Positions 11,668 to 21,614 of a DNA stretch of 64,000 bases are shown piece by piece (the stretch's first letter is position 1; the number at the start of each line of letters is the position of its first letter). The notes beneath the pieces were generated by a model that made no database searches, was not told the DNA's origin, and saw nothing but the letters and a program-made list of their open reading frames with translations. The translations under genes and the position numbers were made by a program. Source of the DNA: a virus; the IMG/VR virus record IMGVR_UViG_3300021961_000054, positions 17,217 to 81,216 of that record, one strand, 5' to 3'.

Positions 11668-14663
11668 TGGCAAATAAATTTACTTGTCCACCACAAGCCT
11701 CAGGTCAGGGGTCGTTTTCAGACAATCTAGTTGGATTCCAACTAGTTGATGGAGGGGGTTTTACACAAGGTAATTTTGAATTTACAACAGCTATTAGCGA
11801 AAAGCAGGATAGAAATTTTATTATTGGAACATTTTCAGACCCAATATCATTGGATAGTATGAATGTTACCAACATTGAGGAGTCTAGATTTCTAGTTGCA
11901 AAAAATTTCCAAATATACCCAAATTATGATTTAACAAATGTTACAAACTTTACACAATATGGGTCATTATCACTTAGGTTTTCAAACTCAATAACTAGAA
12001 TTATAAATTATTTTCCTGCGGCATTAGACGTACAAAAAATTAGATCTAATTTTAGTGTTGGTAATACAGCCGAAAATATAACCTATGACCCAATAGATAA
12101 TGAGACAAAAATTGATATACCATTATTATCTATAAAAAACCCATTAGGGATTGATTATTCAGCAAACGCGGAAAATAATGTAAATGCCTTAGAAATCACA
12201 GTATCAAATCTAAGGAATTTTAAAAATAATTTCCAAAAGTATGCGGTATATATTGACGAAGAACCATTTTCAATAAATGACATTGTACCAACAACATTAG
12301 ATAGTACTCATTTAAGATTATACATCAATGGTAATCCATTCCCAAACCAAACAACATCAGAAAAGAATTTCCTAATAAGACCAAATGATATGTATGTCAA
12401 CAAAGTCTTTAATGATAATTTTGATGGTGTTGAAAATTTCTTATTAAATAGAAATATTACACCAAAATACATGGCATATTTTAATGTCCCTAAATTACAA
12501 GAAGATGGTAATTATATTTTTACTTACGACTCTGCGGCATTTCCATTAGATGGTAATTGGAATTTAGATATTAGAACAAATGCTTTTAATCAATACCTAG
12601 ATAAATTAAATAATTTTGCAATTAATTTTGATGAATATAAAACAAACTTAATATCTAGATTTTTAACAACCGCATCATTAAAAGAATTCGATACCGCGGA
12701 TAAAAAAGTTGAGAAGATGTTACAGATATATGGTAGAAGTTTTGACAACACCAAAACTTTTATTGATGCACTTAGCATGATGAATTCTGTAAATTATAAT
12801 GTTAAAAACGATATACCATCTCAGTTACTAACCAATTTAGCACAAACACTAGGTTGGAAAACAAATATATCGCCAATAACAGAAGATGAATTACTTAATT
12901 CTTTATTTAAATCAGAAGATAATACATTTACTGGCGTCTCACAAGGTAAAACACCAGATGAATTAAATTACCAGTACTATAGAAATCTAATTTTAAATTC
13001 AGCATTTCTATTTAAATCTAAAGGTACTAGAAAATCAATTGAAATTTTATTAAGACTTATTGGCGCTCCAGATTTTTTAGTTGATTTTAATGAATATATC
13101 TACATAGCAGACCAAAAAATTAATATATCAGAGTTTAACACAAAATACGCCCAAATATCGGGAGGAACCTACGTTAGTCAAACACCAGTGTTAGACCCAA
13201 CAGATACCTTCTCAATTATGGGAGTGCAATATACTGGAACCACGTATCAAACAACAACAACAGATATTAGTGTGACCAACATAGACTACCCAATTGATAG
13301 CTTTGGATGTCCTAGTATGCCAGTTGAGAGTGAATCATATTTCTTCCAAATAGGTGGGGGTTGGTTTGAATCAACACCACAACATAGAATGCCAGAACAA
13401 GTTGATTTAACAACAAGTGTTTTTACTGGATCAAATCCAAATTATCAAACAACGTTAAAACCATTCAATTATGGTGATGAATATCTAGAAAGATATAGAA
13501 ATTTCCCATTTATGGATATGGGCTTTAGATTGAGAAGGGTTATTGATAACAAAAAAAGCTGGACTGATAAAGAAATTAATTTAAGAAATTCATCAGATGG
13601 GAACTTTAATGCGTATTATAATATTGGAGAAGAGTGTTTAGCAATTAACGTTAAAAATGTTGATATTATGCTAAACCCAAGTTTCGGTCTATTATATGAT
13701 GTTTATACAATGTCAAGAACGTACAACTACCCAATACCAAATGAAGGGCTTCAATACGTCAAACCAACATACTGTAATCCAGACCCTATTAATAATTACC
13801 CAAGAAGGGGTGGTATTGATTGGACTGAAATAATACCAAAACCAAAAGAAAAAACCTTCTTTGAGTTTGCACAGACTTTTTGGAGAAATATGATAAATGT
13901 TAGAAATAGACAATTTATCACAGACGGAAAAACTGGAGGATACCCAACATTACAATCAATTTATTGGAAATATTTAGAATCAGATCAAGCGATTAATATA
14001 CCAAATGATAATTTTACATATCGTACTATGATTGATTATGTAAATAAATTAGGCGACTATTGGGTTAGATTAATTGAACAAATGGTTCCAGCAACAACGA
14101 TATGGAACACTGGTGTTAGGTTAGAAAACTCAATATTTCATAGACAAAAATTTGTATGGAGAAGACAATTTGGTTGTAAGATTATACCAATACCTTGCAA
14201 ACCTTGTGAATTAACAACACAATTATTTGCTTACGATTGTACATTACAAGAAATTACACATTGGTTATACCCATGGAATTATAATCCAAATATCGTATCA
14301 TTTGGTACTATATTAACTGAAACATTAAACACGTATTTAAGTAATCTTGGAATTACATTAAATCAATGTATTTTAAATACCCTAAACTCACAATGGTATG
14401 TTGAAATTAAATTAAATGGAAATATTATAGCTCTTGAACAATTTGCGGAAACAAATGGATATGTACAGACACCAACAAATCAAGAGTGGGTTGATGGTGT
14501 AGCTAACGCCCTACAAACATTAGAAACTAGTGGTATTTATTATGCAATTGACTTAGATAACGAAACAATTATTATATATAATAATAACTGTGTACCATAC
14601 CAATATGACGATGAATTTGAAATCAACGTTGGGATAAACTTTAATATATTATGTAATCAATAA
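11667..14663 (+). CDS. Baseplate wedge protein (P2 gpI / T4 gp7-like domain)
   Basis: IPSQLLTNLAQTLGW...LILNSAFLFKSKGTRKSIEILLRLIG matches the L..LA...G(W)...K.KGT..(S/A)I pattern of gpI-like proteins. Confidence 0.65.
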   Translation: MANKFTCPPQASGQGSFSDNLVGFQLVDGGGFTQGNFEFTTAISEKQDRNFIIGTFSDPISLDSMNVTNIEESRFLVAKNFQIYPNYDLTNVTNFTQYGSLSLRFSNSITRIINYFPAALDVQKIRSNFSVGNTAENITYDPIDNETKIDIPLLSIKNPLGIDYSANAENNVNALEITVSNLRNFKNNFQKYAVYIDEEPFSINDIVPTTLDSTHLRLYINGNPFPNQTTSEKNFLIRPNDMYVNKVFNDNFDGVENFLLNRNITPKYMAYFNVPKLQEDGNYIFTYDSAAFPLDGNWNLDIRTNAFNQYLDKLNNFAINFDEYKTNLISRFLTTASLKEFDTADKKVEKMLQIYGRSFDNTKTFIDALSMMNSVNYNVKNDIPSQLLTNLAQTLGWKTNISPITEDELLNSLFKSEDNTFTGVSQGKTPDELNYQYYRNLILNSAFLFKSKGTRKSIEILLRLIGAPDFLVDFNEYIYIADQKINISEFNTKYAQISGGTYVSQTPVLDPTDTFSIMGVQYTGTTYQTTTTDISVTNIDYPIDSFGCPSMPVESESYFFQIGGGWFESTPQHRMPEQVDLTTSVFTGSNPNYQTTLKPFNYGDEYLERYRNFPFMDMGFRLRRVIDNKKSWTDKEINLRNSSDGNFNAYYNIGEECLAINVKNVDIMLNPSFGLLYDVYTMSRTYNYPIPNEGLQYVKPTYCNPDPINNYPRRGGIDWTEIIPKPKEKTFFEFAQTFWRNMINVRNRQFITDGKTGGYPTLQSIYWKYLESDQAINIPNDNFTYRTMIDYVNKLGDYWVRLIEQMVPATTIWNTGVRLENSIFHRQKFVWRRQFGCKIIPIPCKPCELTTQLFAYDCTLQEITHWLYPWNYNPNIVSFGTILTETLNTYLSNLGITLNQCILNTLNSQWYVEIKLNGNIIALEQFAETNGYVQTPTNQEWVDGVANALQTLETSGIYYAIDLDNETIIIYNNNCVPYQYDDEFEINVGINFNILCNQ

Positions 14664-16894
14664 TGTCATTTCCTTTAGAAATATTAAATTTATCAATAAC
14701 TGGTGATTGTTCATTAGTTAGTGGCGGGTCAATTAACCTTTTATTTACTGGTGGGACAGCACCATTGGCGGTTTATGAAGCACCAATAACAACTGGATTA
14801 TTACCCACTTCAGGTTATACATCATTTGATTACACCCTTTATCAAGCTAGTGGATTACCACCCGGTGAATATTTTTTAACTATAGCAGATTCTTCAGCCT
14901 CAATCCCCGATATTGTTATACCATTCAATATTTCATCTGGAAGTACAGTACTAATAGATGCTGAAAATACAACTTGTGGTTTTAATAATGGATCAATAAC
15001 CGCATCAACTAGCAGTAATTTTGGACAAGTAACACTTAGTTTATATAATTCATTAGACAATTTAGTTGAAACACAAATAGCACCATACCCAACTTCAACA
15101 GCATATTTTACAAATTTATCTGCTGATACATATTATGTTATTGGTGATGATGGTGGTGGCTGCACAGGACAAAGTGCTTCAGTTGTAATATTACCATCAA
15201 CAAGCTTTAATTATGGTGCTTATATTGTAAATGACTCAAGTTGTGTATCAACTGAAGGACAAGGAAAGATAATAATAACAGGTCTTACAACACCAACAAG
15301 TGCGTATACAATAAATTGGATTAGTGATGTTAATGGTCAAACAGGAACAACAGTAACAGGATTAACACAAGGACTATATACTGTAGAAATAACAAATCCT
15401 ATTGGTTGTACCAATCAACAAGCATTTTTTGTTGACTTAGTACCATTAGTTGGAATTGGCTCTTTAATTGTAACCCAACCCCCAAGCTGTTTTACAAGTG
15501 ATGGTGAAGTAACTGTTGTTGTTACTGGTGGTACGGCTCCATATTTTTATGTTGGGTCAAATGGGGATACATTTGTTAATTTTAGCACATCACAAACATT
15601 TACGAATTTACCAGGAGGTTTATTTACTGTGACAGTCACAGACGCTGGACTTTGTAGTGCTTCACAATCGGTACTATTAAATACACCAAATAGTTTTGGT
15701 GGAATTACAATACAAACAACAAACTCAACTTGTAGTAACAATAATGGTCAAGTCTCGATTAGTTTAGGATTTGCAGCACCAGGGTCTTATAATTATAGTA
15801 TATCTGGTATTAGCGGATCACTATTTTTTCAAGAAAATGGGGTGGGGACACAAACGACATTCCCAAACCTAACATCAGATGATTATATAATAACAATTGA
15901 CAATGGTAGTGGATGTATTTTTACCGGAACAACAACCATTAGTAATTTAGATAAATTTACAATAGGGACTACAATTAGTGGAACTACTTGTGGTAGCAAT
16001 AATGGAGAATTATTAGTTAGCTTATCTTCTGGTACAACAGGTAGTATCGCAACAACACCAGTGTTATATAACTTACAAGGACCATTACCTTCACTATCAA
16101 ATACAACACAACCTATTGGGTATTTCCCAAATTTACAAGAAGGGACATACCAATTAACAGTGACAGACTATAGTGGTTGTTCACAAATTGAAACAGTTTT
16201 TATTGACCCATCTAGCGCTGTTGATTTTATTTTAGTTGGTACAAACCCATTTACTGGTTATGATGGTGAAATTACGACTTTAATTACAAATGGGGTCCCA
16301 CCATTTACATTAGTTTGGTCTGGAGATGTTATGGGGCAAACAGGCACAACAATAACTGGTTTAACATCAGGAACATACGAACTAACAGTTATAGATAGTG
16401 AAGGATGTTATAGAACTAGATCAATAACATTAAATGGTACTATATTAGTTGGTGGATATGAATCATACGTTGTATCAACAGAAACTTTTTCAGACACAGA
16501 TTCAGTTAGTAAACGAGGTATACTACAAATGTATAACGAAGGATTTTCTGATTTAACTAGTGGTGATACAAATTGTATTGTAACTGGTGCAACATTTACA
16601 TTAGATGTTATAGTTGGGTCTGAGTCGAAACAAAACTTATTTTATACATCGACAGGTTTAACAGACTATCCATCTGATTATTTGTGGAGTGAAGCAATTA
16701 AAGAAACTTTAAATGAATTTGTTGGTATTGGAGAAGTTATTATAGATTTTAATACAAATAGTATTAAAATAACAAATGATTGTGATGAAATTAAAAAAGA
16801 TTGTAAAAGGGAGACATATAATCTATTAAACGATGAGAAAATCATAATAAATTTAATTATTGATTATGACATTGCTTGTGTAGAATGTGCTTAA
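14663..16894 (+). CDS. SprB-repeat adhesin-like virion protein
   Basis: Repeated TCG.NNG.I...TGGTAPY...L..G.Y.VTVTD..GC units characteristic of SprB repeats. Confidence 0.75.
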   Translation: MSFPLEILNLSITGDCSLVSGGSINLLFTGGTAPLAVYEAPITTGLLPTSGYTSFDYTLYQASGLPPGEYFLTIADSSASIPDIVIPFNISSGSTVLIDAENTTCGFNNGSITASTSSNFGQVTLSLYNSLDNLVETQIAPYPTSTAYFTNLSADTYYVIGDDGGGCTGQSASVVILPSTSFNYGAYIVNDSSCVSTEGQGKIIITGLTTPTSAYTINWISDVNGQTGTTVTGLTQGLYTVEITNPIGCTNQQAFFVDLVPLVGIGSLIVTQPPSCFTSDGEVTVVVTGGTAPYFYVGSNGDTFVNFSTSQTFTNLPGGLFTVTVTDAGLCSASQSVLLNTPNSFGGITIQTTNSTCSNNNGQVSISLGFAAPGSYNYSISGISGSLFFQENGVGTQTTFPNLTSDDYIITIDNGSGCIFTGTTTISNLDKFTIGTTISGTTCGSNNGELLVSLSSGTTGSIATTPVLYNLQGPLPSLSNTTQPIGYFPNLQEGTYQLTVTDYSGCSQIETVFIDPSSAVDFILVGTNPFTGYDGEITTLITNGVPPFTLVWSGDVMGQTGTTITGLTSGTYELTVIDSEGCYRTRSITLNGTILVGGYESYVVSTETFSDTDSVSKRGILQMYNEGFSDLTSGDTNCIVTGATFTLDVIVGSESKQNLFYTSTGLTDYPSDYLWSEAIKETLNEFVGIGEVIIDFNTNSIKITNDCDEIKKDCKRETYNLLNDEKIIINLIIDYDIACVECA

Positions 16895-16903
16895 TATATT
16901 TTT

Positions 16904-17200
16904 ATGAGTGAAATAACAATAAATACCATTTCAGGACTAACACCACCATATAGTGTTTATGTGTGTAATGTTTATGGCGTTTATTGTGAATTTATAGGAG
17001 TTACAACAACAACACCAACAACAATAGTATTACCACCAGCTTTTGATTCAGCACCAATTGTGGGGATTAAAATAATTGATAGTACTGGTTGCGAGAGATT
17101 TAAACTAGTTGAATGTCTTGATTTATCACTAGACGAAAAAGAATTCCAAAATGGAGACACATTTTATTTTATGGATTATGAAATATATCAATTCCAATAA
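16904..17200 (+). CDS. Small Cys-containing virion protein (paralog of 25847..26068)
   Basis: Shares ISG.TP..VYVC....C and (K/R)(I/V)ID...CE with 25847..26068. Confidence 0.6.
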   Translation: MSEITINTISGLTPPYSVYVCNVYGVYCEFIGVTTTTPTTIVLPPAFDSAPIVGIKIIDSTGCERFKLVECLDLSLDEKEFQNGDTFYFMDYEIYQFQ

Positions 17201-17212
17201 CTTAGATTATTG

Positions 17213-17219
17213 TATTTAT
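17213..17219 (+). promoter_or_regulatory. TATTTAT putative late promoter
   Basis: 11 nt upstream of the tail fibre ATG at 17231. Confidence 0.5.
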
Positions 17220-17230
17220 AATTAAAAAAG

Positions 17231-18169
17231 ATGGCGTTATTAACAGATAGAACTTTAGCAACAGGCGTAACATTACAAGATTTAATACACATTGTAATTC
17301 CAACAGATATTTCACAAAATCCAGCTGGATCATCATATAAAGCAACAATACAACAAATTGGGGACGCATTAAGTGGAAGTAGTTATTGGACTTCAGGGTC
17401 AACTGGGAATTATTCAGTTAAAACAATTAATGACAGTGGATTAGATGCTATAGGTGAATATTCAGTAGCAAGTGGTTATTTAACAACGGCAAGTGGTGAT
17501 TATTCTTATGCGGAAGGAGTCGAAACAATAGCGTCAGCACCAATTTCGCATGCCGAGGGATATCAAACAATAGCTAGTGGCACAGCGTCTCATGCTGAGG
17601 GTGTGTTAACGATTGCCAGTGGTCAAACAGCCCACTCTGAGGGTTATAATACAATTGCTGGTGGTGTAGCAGCCCACTCTGAGGGTGGTTATAATCTAGC
17701 TTCTGGTGACTTTTCGCATGCTGAGGGTCATGAAACAAAAGCTTCTGGTTATTCTTCACATACTGAGGGTGATAATACTAGTGCTTCTGGTGATTATTCT
17801 CACGCTGAAGGTAGATATACATATGCTAATGGTATGACATCACATGCTGAGGGTTCTGGTACCACTGCTAATGGTGCGGCAACACATTCTGGTGGGTTTA
17901 ATACTAGCGCATTGGGGGACTATTCCTTTATACATTCAAATAATTCAATAGTAACTGGTGATAGAAGTGTTGTTTTGGGTGGTCAGGGTATAACTGGTAC
18001 AACAAGTGATACTGTTTATGTTCCAGATTTTGTAATTAAAAAAACCGCATCTGTACCAACTAGCTCTGCTGATGCTGTTGGTGAAAATGGTTCCATTACT
18101 TGGGATAATACTTATTTTTATTGGAAGGCAAATGGGCAATGGCTTAGAGTTTCTGGGTCAACATTTTAA
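17231..18169 (+). CDS. Tail fibre/adhesin with YadA-head-like beta-helical repeats
   Basis: About ten tandem 14-aa repeats (S/A)HAEG..T.ASG; fibre-type N-terminus; C-terminal G..GSITWD..YFYW...GQWLR motif. Confidence 0.75.
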   Translation: MALLTDRTLATGVTLQDLIHIVIPTDISQNPAGSSYKATIQQIGDALSGSSYWTSGSTGNYSVKTINDSGLDAIGEYSVASGYLTTASGDYSYAEGVETIASAPISHAEGYQTIASGTASHAEGVLTIASGQTAHSEGYNTIAGGVAAHSEGGYNLASGDFSHAEGHETKASGYSSHTEGDNTSASGDYSHAEGRYTYANGMTSHAEGSGTTANGAATHSGGFNTSALGDYSFIHSNNSIVTGDRSVVLGGQGITGTTSDTVYVPDFVIKKTASVPTSSADAVGENGSITWDNTYFYWKANGQWLRVSGSTF

Positions 18170-18236
18170 TAATATATTAAAAATTTAACTAATCACAAAA
18201 TAAAGATTTACACTTTTTCTAAAATCAAACTATCTA

Positions 18237-18243
18237 TATTTAT
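18237..18243 (+). promoter_or_regulatory. TATTTAT putative late promoter
   Basis: In the gap before the glycosyltransferase, about 75 nt upstream of ATG (further than other instances). Confidence 0.35.
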
Positions 18244-18317
18244 TTGGTATTTTTAACAAAAAAAATGTATTCATTATTTTAACATTTAAATTATATTTAA
18301 AAATATAATATTAAAGA

Positions 18318-19292
18318 ATGAATAATTTAGTTTTTGTTACAGCACAACCAGACGTACCTTATTTTCATTGGCAAATAAAATTATATACACATAATTTTAT
18401 TGAAAAAGGAATTGACCCAAAAAATATACACGTCATTTTAGCCATGGTCCATGGCGCTACAACACAATCAGAAGGTGCTAAAGAATTATTAAACCAAGGA
18501 TATAACGTTCATTTTTATAAAGACGATAGAGATAAAAAGTCATATATCCCAAGTATAAAACCATACCTAGTTTCAAAATGGTTAGAAGAATATCCAGAAT
18601 TTGGTAAAGTATTCTTTTTACATGATGCGGACATTATATTTAACAAATTACCAGATTTTGATAAATTATTAAGTGATGATATAAGTTATTTATCAGATAC
18701 AATTGGTTATATTGGATATAATTATATTATGGATTGTTGTGATCGATATGAAAAACAACACCCAGAATCAGAAAAAGGACAATTAATACAAGAAATGGCC
18801 AATGTTGTCGGACTAGATGTTGAGACAATTAAAAATAATCAAGAAAATTCTGGTGGAGGCCAGTATATTATAAAAAATACAGATTATAAACTTTGGGATA
18901 AGATATACAAAGATTGTACACCATTATATAATCAAATGTTAGATTACCAAAGAAGATTCCCAATAAATCCTGGTCAAATACAATTTTGGACGGCAGAAAT
19001 GTGGTCAGTACTTTGGAATTTATGGTTAGTTGGTAATGAAACCAAAATAACAAAAGAGTTAGATTTTTCTTGGGCAACAGACGATATAAAAAGGTATGAA
19101 GAAATGCCAATACTTCATATGGCAGGTGTAACAGATAATTTAAAAGATGTTAAATTTTATAAGGGGGATTATATTAATAAAGACCCAATCAAATCATTAA
19201 TAAATAACCCAAACCATTTTGATTATATTGATAAAAATAGTTCTACAATAAAATATATCGAATTAATGAAATCTTTTATAAAAAATAAATAA
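18318..19292 (+). CDS. GT-A glycosyltransferase resembling peptidyl-serine galactosyltransferase SGT1 / Hyp O-arabinosyltransferase HPAT (GT96/GT95-like)
   Basis: Ordered motifs YFHWQ, YIPSIKPY..SKWL, FFLHDADIIF (DxD), GGGQYII and WTAEMWS parallel SGT1/HPAT motifs as recalled (YFDWQ, YPAINKP...WL, ILDADMI, WISEMYG). Confidence 0.65.
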   Translation: MNNLVFVTAQPDVPYFHWQIKLYTHNFIEKGIDPKNIHVILAMVHGATTQSEGAKELLNQGYNVHFYKDDRDKKSYIPSIKPYLVSKWLEEYPEFGKVFFLHDADIIFNKLPDFDKLLSDDISYLSDTIGYIGYNYIMDCCDRYEKQHPESEKGQLIQEMANVVGLDVETIKNNQENSGGGQYIIKNTDYKLWDKIYKDCTPLYNQMLDYQRRFPINPGQIQFWTAEMWSVLWNLWLVGNETKITKELDFSWATDDIKRYEEMPILHMAGVTDNLKDVKFYKGDYINKDPIKSLINNPNHFDYIDKNSSTIKYIELMKSFIKNK

Positions 19293-19297
19293 ATGAT

Positions 19298-19304
19298 TAT
19301 TTAT
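19298..19304 (+). promoter_or_regulatory. TATTTAT putative late promoter
   Basis: 12 nt upstream of ATG 19317. Confidence 0.5.
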
Positions 19305-19316
19305 ATATAAAACAAT

Positions 19317-21587
19317 ATGGCAGGGTGCGATCAATGTAGGCAAACTATTTTAGTAAATACAGGTGTAACGGTTAGTGTTGCAACATTAATTGATTGTAGT
19401 GGTAATACAACATCTTTTAGTTTAGCACCAACATCTGGATTCACAACATACGAACCATATATTACCGATTTTTGTAGTGGAACCACAATTAGCGGTGATA
19501 CACTATATATCGATAATGATTATCCACTAACACATTGGTACTCCTTTAGTTCTTGTTGTAATAACGAAGAGTTTATCGTCTACTCAAGTTCAAAACTAAT
19601 CCAAACAGGAGAGACAATAAATATAATTGATTCTAAATCATATAATGGAAATGTATATACCGGATGTTATACCTGTACAAATACTGATAAAATTGGTTCT
19701 AACGAACCTATTTTAGATAGATTAATATATTTTGAACCACAAGGAAGTCCTATTGAAGGCATTATTATCTATAAACTAGGCTGCGTAAGTTGTCTTGAAG
19801 TAAATCCATGTCCTACAATATGTTATAAATTATATTCTTGTGACAATCTATATGATCCATTTTATAGTAAAAACGAAGGACTATCTGGTTTTGTGAATAA
19901 TTATGTTTCTTTAACAACTAGTGGTATAACTAATGGATGTTTTTATGTTACAGGAGTTGAAAGTTGCGACAATTATGAAGATGTTACAATAAATTATGAT
20001 ATAATGTGTGAGTGCACATGTAGTTGCTACACTTATACAATACCTGAGAATTCTAAACCAATAATAATAACTTATATTGATTGCAATGATAACGAAATAT
20101 CTAATTATGTTAATACAGGCGCCACAACAAGTATTTGTTCAAAGATAACTCCTTTATTTTATAATGAAGTAAATCGAATTATAATCCCAATTAAAAATAA
20201 TGGTCCATGTATTAATGGAGAATGTCAAAAACAACCAATAACAATAAAACCAAGAAATGAGTGTGATGTTATAACTATTTTCCCTATGGGAGTTAGTTGC
20301 TTAGTAACAAACCCATCATCAGTAAATTCATTTGATGGTTATACATACTTACAAATAACAGGAGGAACACCACCATATACAGTAATGTGGGAGAATGGAA
20401 GTTATGGACAATCTTTAAGTGATTTAAACATAGGTGAATATAGTGCGACAGTTACAGATTTTTATGGTGATTTTATAATTAACACAACTTGCGTATTAAC
20501 AGCTACAACAACTACTAGCACAACAACCACAACAACAACAATACCAGTAATTTATGGACCATTATGTCTATCATATAATGAAAGTGTACATTATAATACC
20601 ACAACAACACAAGTCCAATTTGAACCATCTATCAACATTAACAATCAACCAAGTTGGACTGGTACAACAGACTATTTACTATATTGGAACGAAAATCAAT
20701 GGATTATAACTGGAAGTACAATTAATGGGGATTTAGTAAATAATAATCCAATAACACCACCATTAGTTGGTTGGCAATTCCTAGGTAATCCATATTATGT
20801 TGCGGATACATTATTATTATATTCAGGTTTATGCACTAGTGGTGAAGCAATAATTTTAAATCAAATTGCAAATACAAATGTTGACTGTAATAATTTAGGA
20901 TCAATTGCAATAACACCAAATGGAGGTACACAACCATATTTATACTCAATTAATGGAGGAATAAACTACTATAACACACCAATATTTAATAATTTACAAC
21001 CAGGCACATATTTCATTAAAACTAAAGATTCTTTAGATAATGAATCACAAATAACAGAGGTATTAGTTGAAAATATACCAACACAACAATATACATTATC
21101 ATTAAATGTTGATCAAAACACAAATACATTTACAATAACACCAGATAGTAGTTTACCACCATATCAAACTATATCATTTAATTTTGGACATATTAGTACC
21201 TTCATTGGAGTATCAACAATAAATCCAGGGCAATCATATGACAATATAGTAAGTTTTGGTGCTTTAGGAACTATGACATATGTTGGACAAAATAATTCAA
21301 CAGATACTATAATTTGTGGTGGATATGTTACTCCTAGACAAATACAACAAACAACATATACAAAAGCACTAACAATAAATGGTGGTGAGACAATAACTGG
21401 ATCATTTACTGATTTACTAAACTATGGGATTTGGACACCAACCGAATGTAGATATATAGATGGTCAGTACACATTATTCATTGAAAGTGCTAATTGTGGC
21501 GACTGTTGTATTGTAAAAATTATAAATCCACCATTAACACAAAATCTTGGAGGAGGTAATTTTGTGTTACCACCAAAATTACCATAA
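19317..21587 (+). CDS. Cys-rich SprB-repeat virion protein with poly-Thr linker
   Basis: ITGGTPPY and NGGTQPYLYSING...NLQPGTY SprB-like units, many Cys, and a TATTTTSTTTTTTT tract. Confidence 0.7.
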   Translation: MAGCDQCRQTILVNTGVTVSVATLIDCSGNTTSFSLAPTSGFTTYEPYITDFCSGTTISGDTLYIDNDYPLTHWYSFSSCCNNEEFIVYSSSKLIQTGETINIIDSKSYNGNVYTGCYTCTNTDKIGSNEPILDRLIYFEPQGSPIEGIIIYKLGCVSCLEVNPCPTICYKLYSCDNLYDPFYSKNEGLSGFVNNYVSLTTSGITNGCFYVTGVESCDNYEDVTINYDIMCECTCSCYTYTIPENSKPIIITYIDCNDNEISNYVNTGATTSICSKITPLFYNEVNRIIIPIKNNGPCINGECQKQPITIKPRNECDVITIFPMGVSCLVTNPSSVNSFDGYTYLQITGGTPPYTVMWENGSYGQSLSDLNIGEYSATVTDFYGDFIINTTCVLTATTTTSTTTTTTTIPVIYGPLCLSYNESVHYNTTTTQVQFEPSININNQPSWTGTTDYLLYWNENQWIITGSTINGDLVNNNPITPPLVGWQFLGNPYYVADTLLLYSGLCTSGEAIILNQIANTNVDCNNLGSIAITPNGGTQPYLYSINGGINYYNTPIFNNLQPGTYFIKTKDSLDNESQITEVLVENIPTQQYTLSLNVDQNTNTFTITPDSSLPPYQTISFNFGHISTFIGVSTINPGQSYDNIVSFGALGTMTYVGQNNSTDTIICGGYVTPRQIQQTTYTKALTINGGETITGSFTDLLNYGIWTPTECRYIDGQYTLFIESANCGDCCIVKIINPPLTQNLGGGNFVLPPKLP

Positions 21588-21602
21588 AATATCATTACTT
21601 AG

Positions 21603-21609
21603 TATTTAT
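21603..21609 (+). promoter_or_regulatory. TATTTAT putative late promoter
   Basis: 5 nt upstream of ATG 21615. Confidence 0.5.
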
Positions 21610-21614
21610 TAGAA

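Noticed and set aside
17460-17920. Regularly spaced 42-nt repeats that could look like a CRISPR array
   Set aside because: They are degenerate in-frame coding repeats (SHAEG..T.ASG) of the fibre gene, and no cas genes are present.
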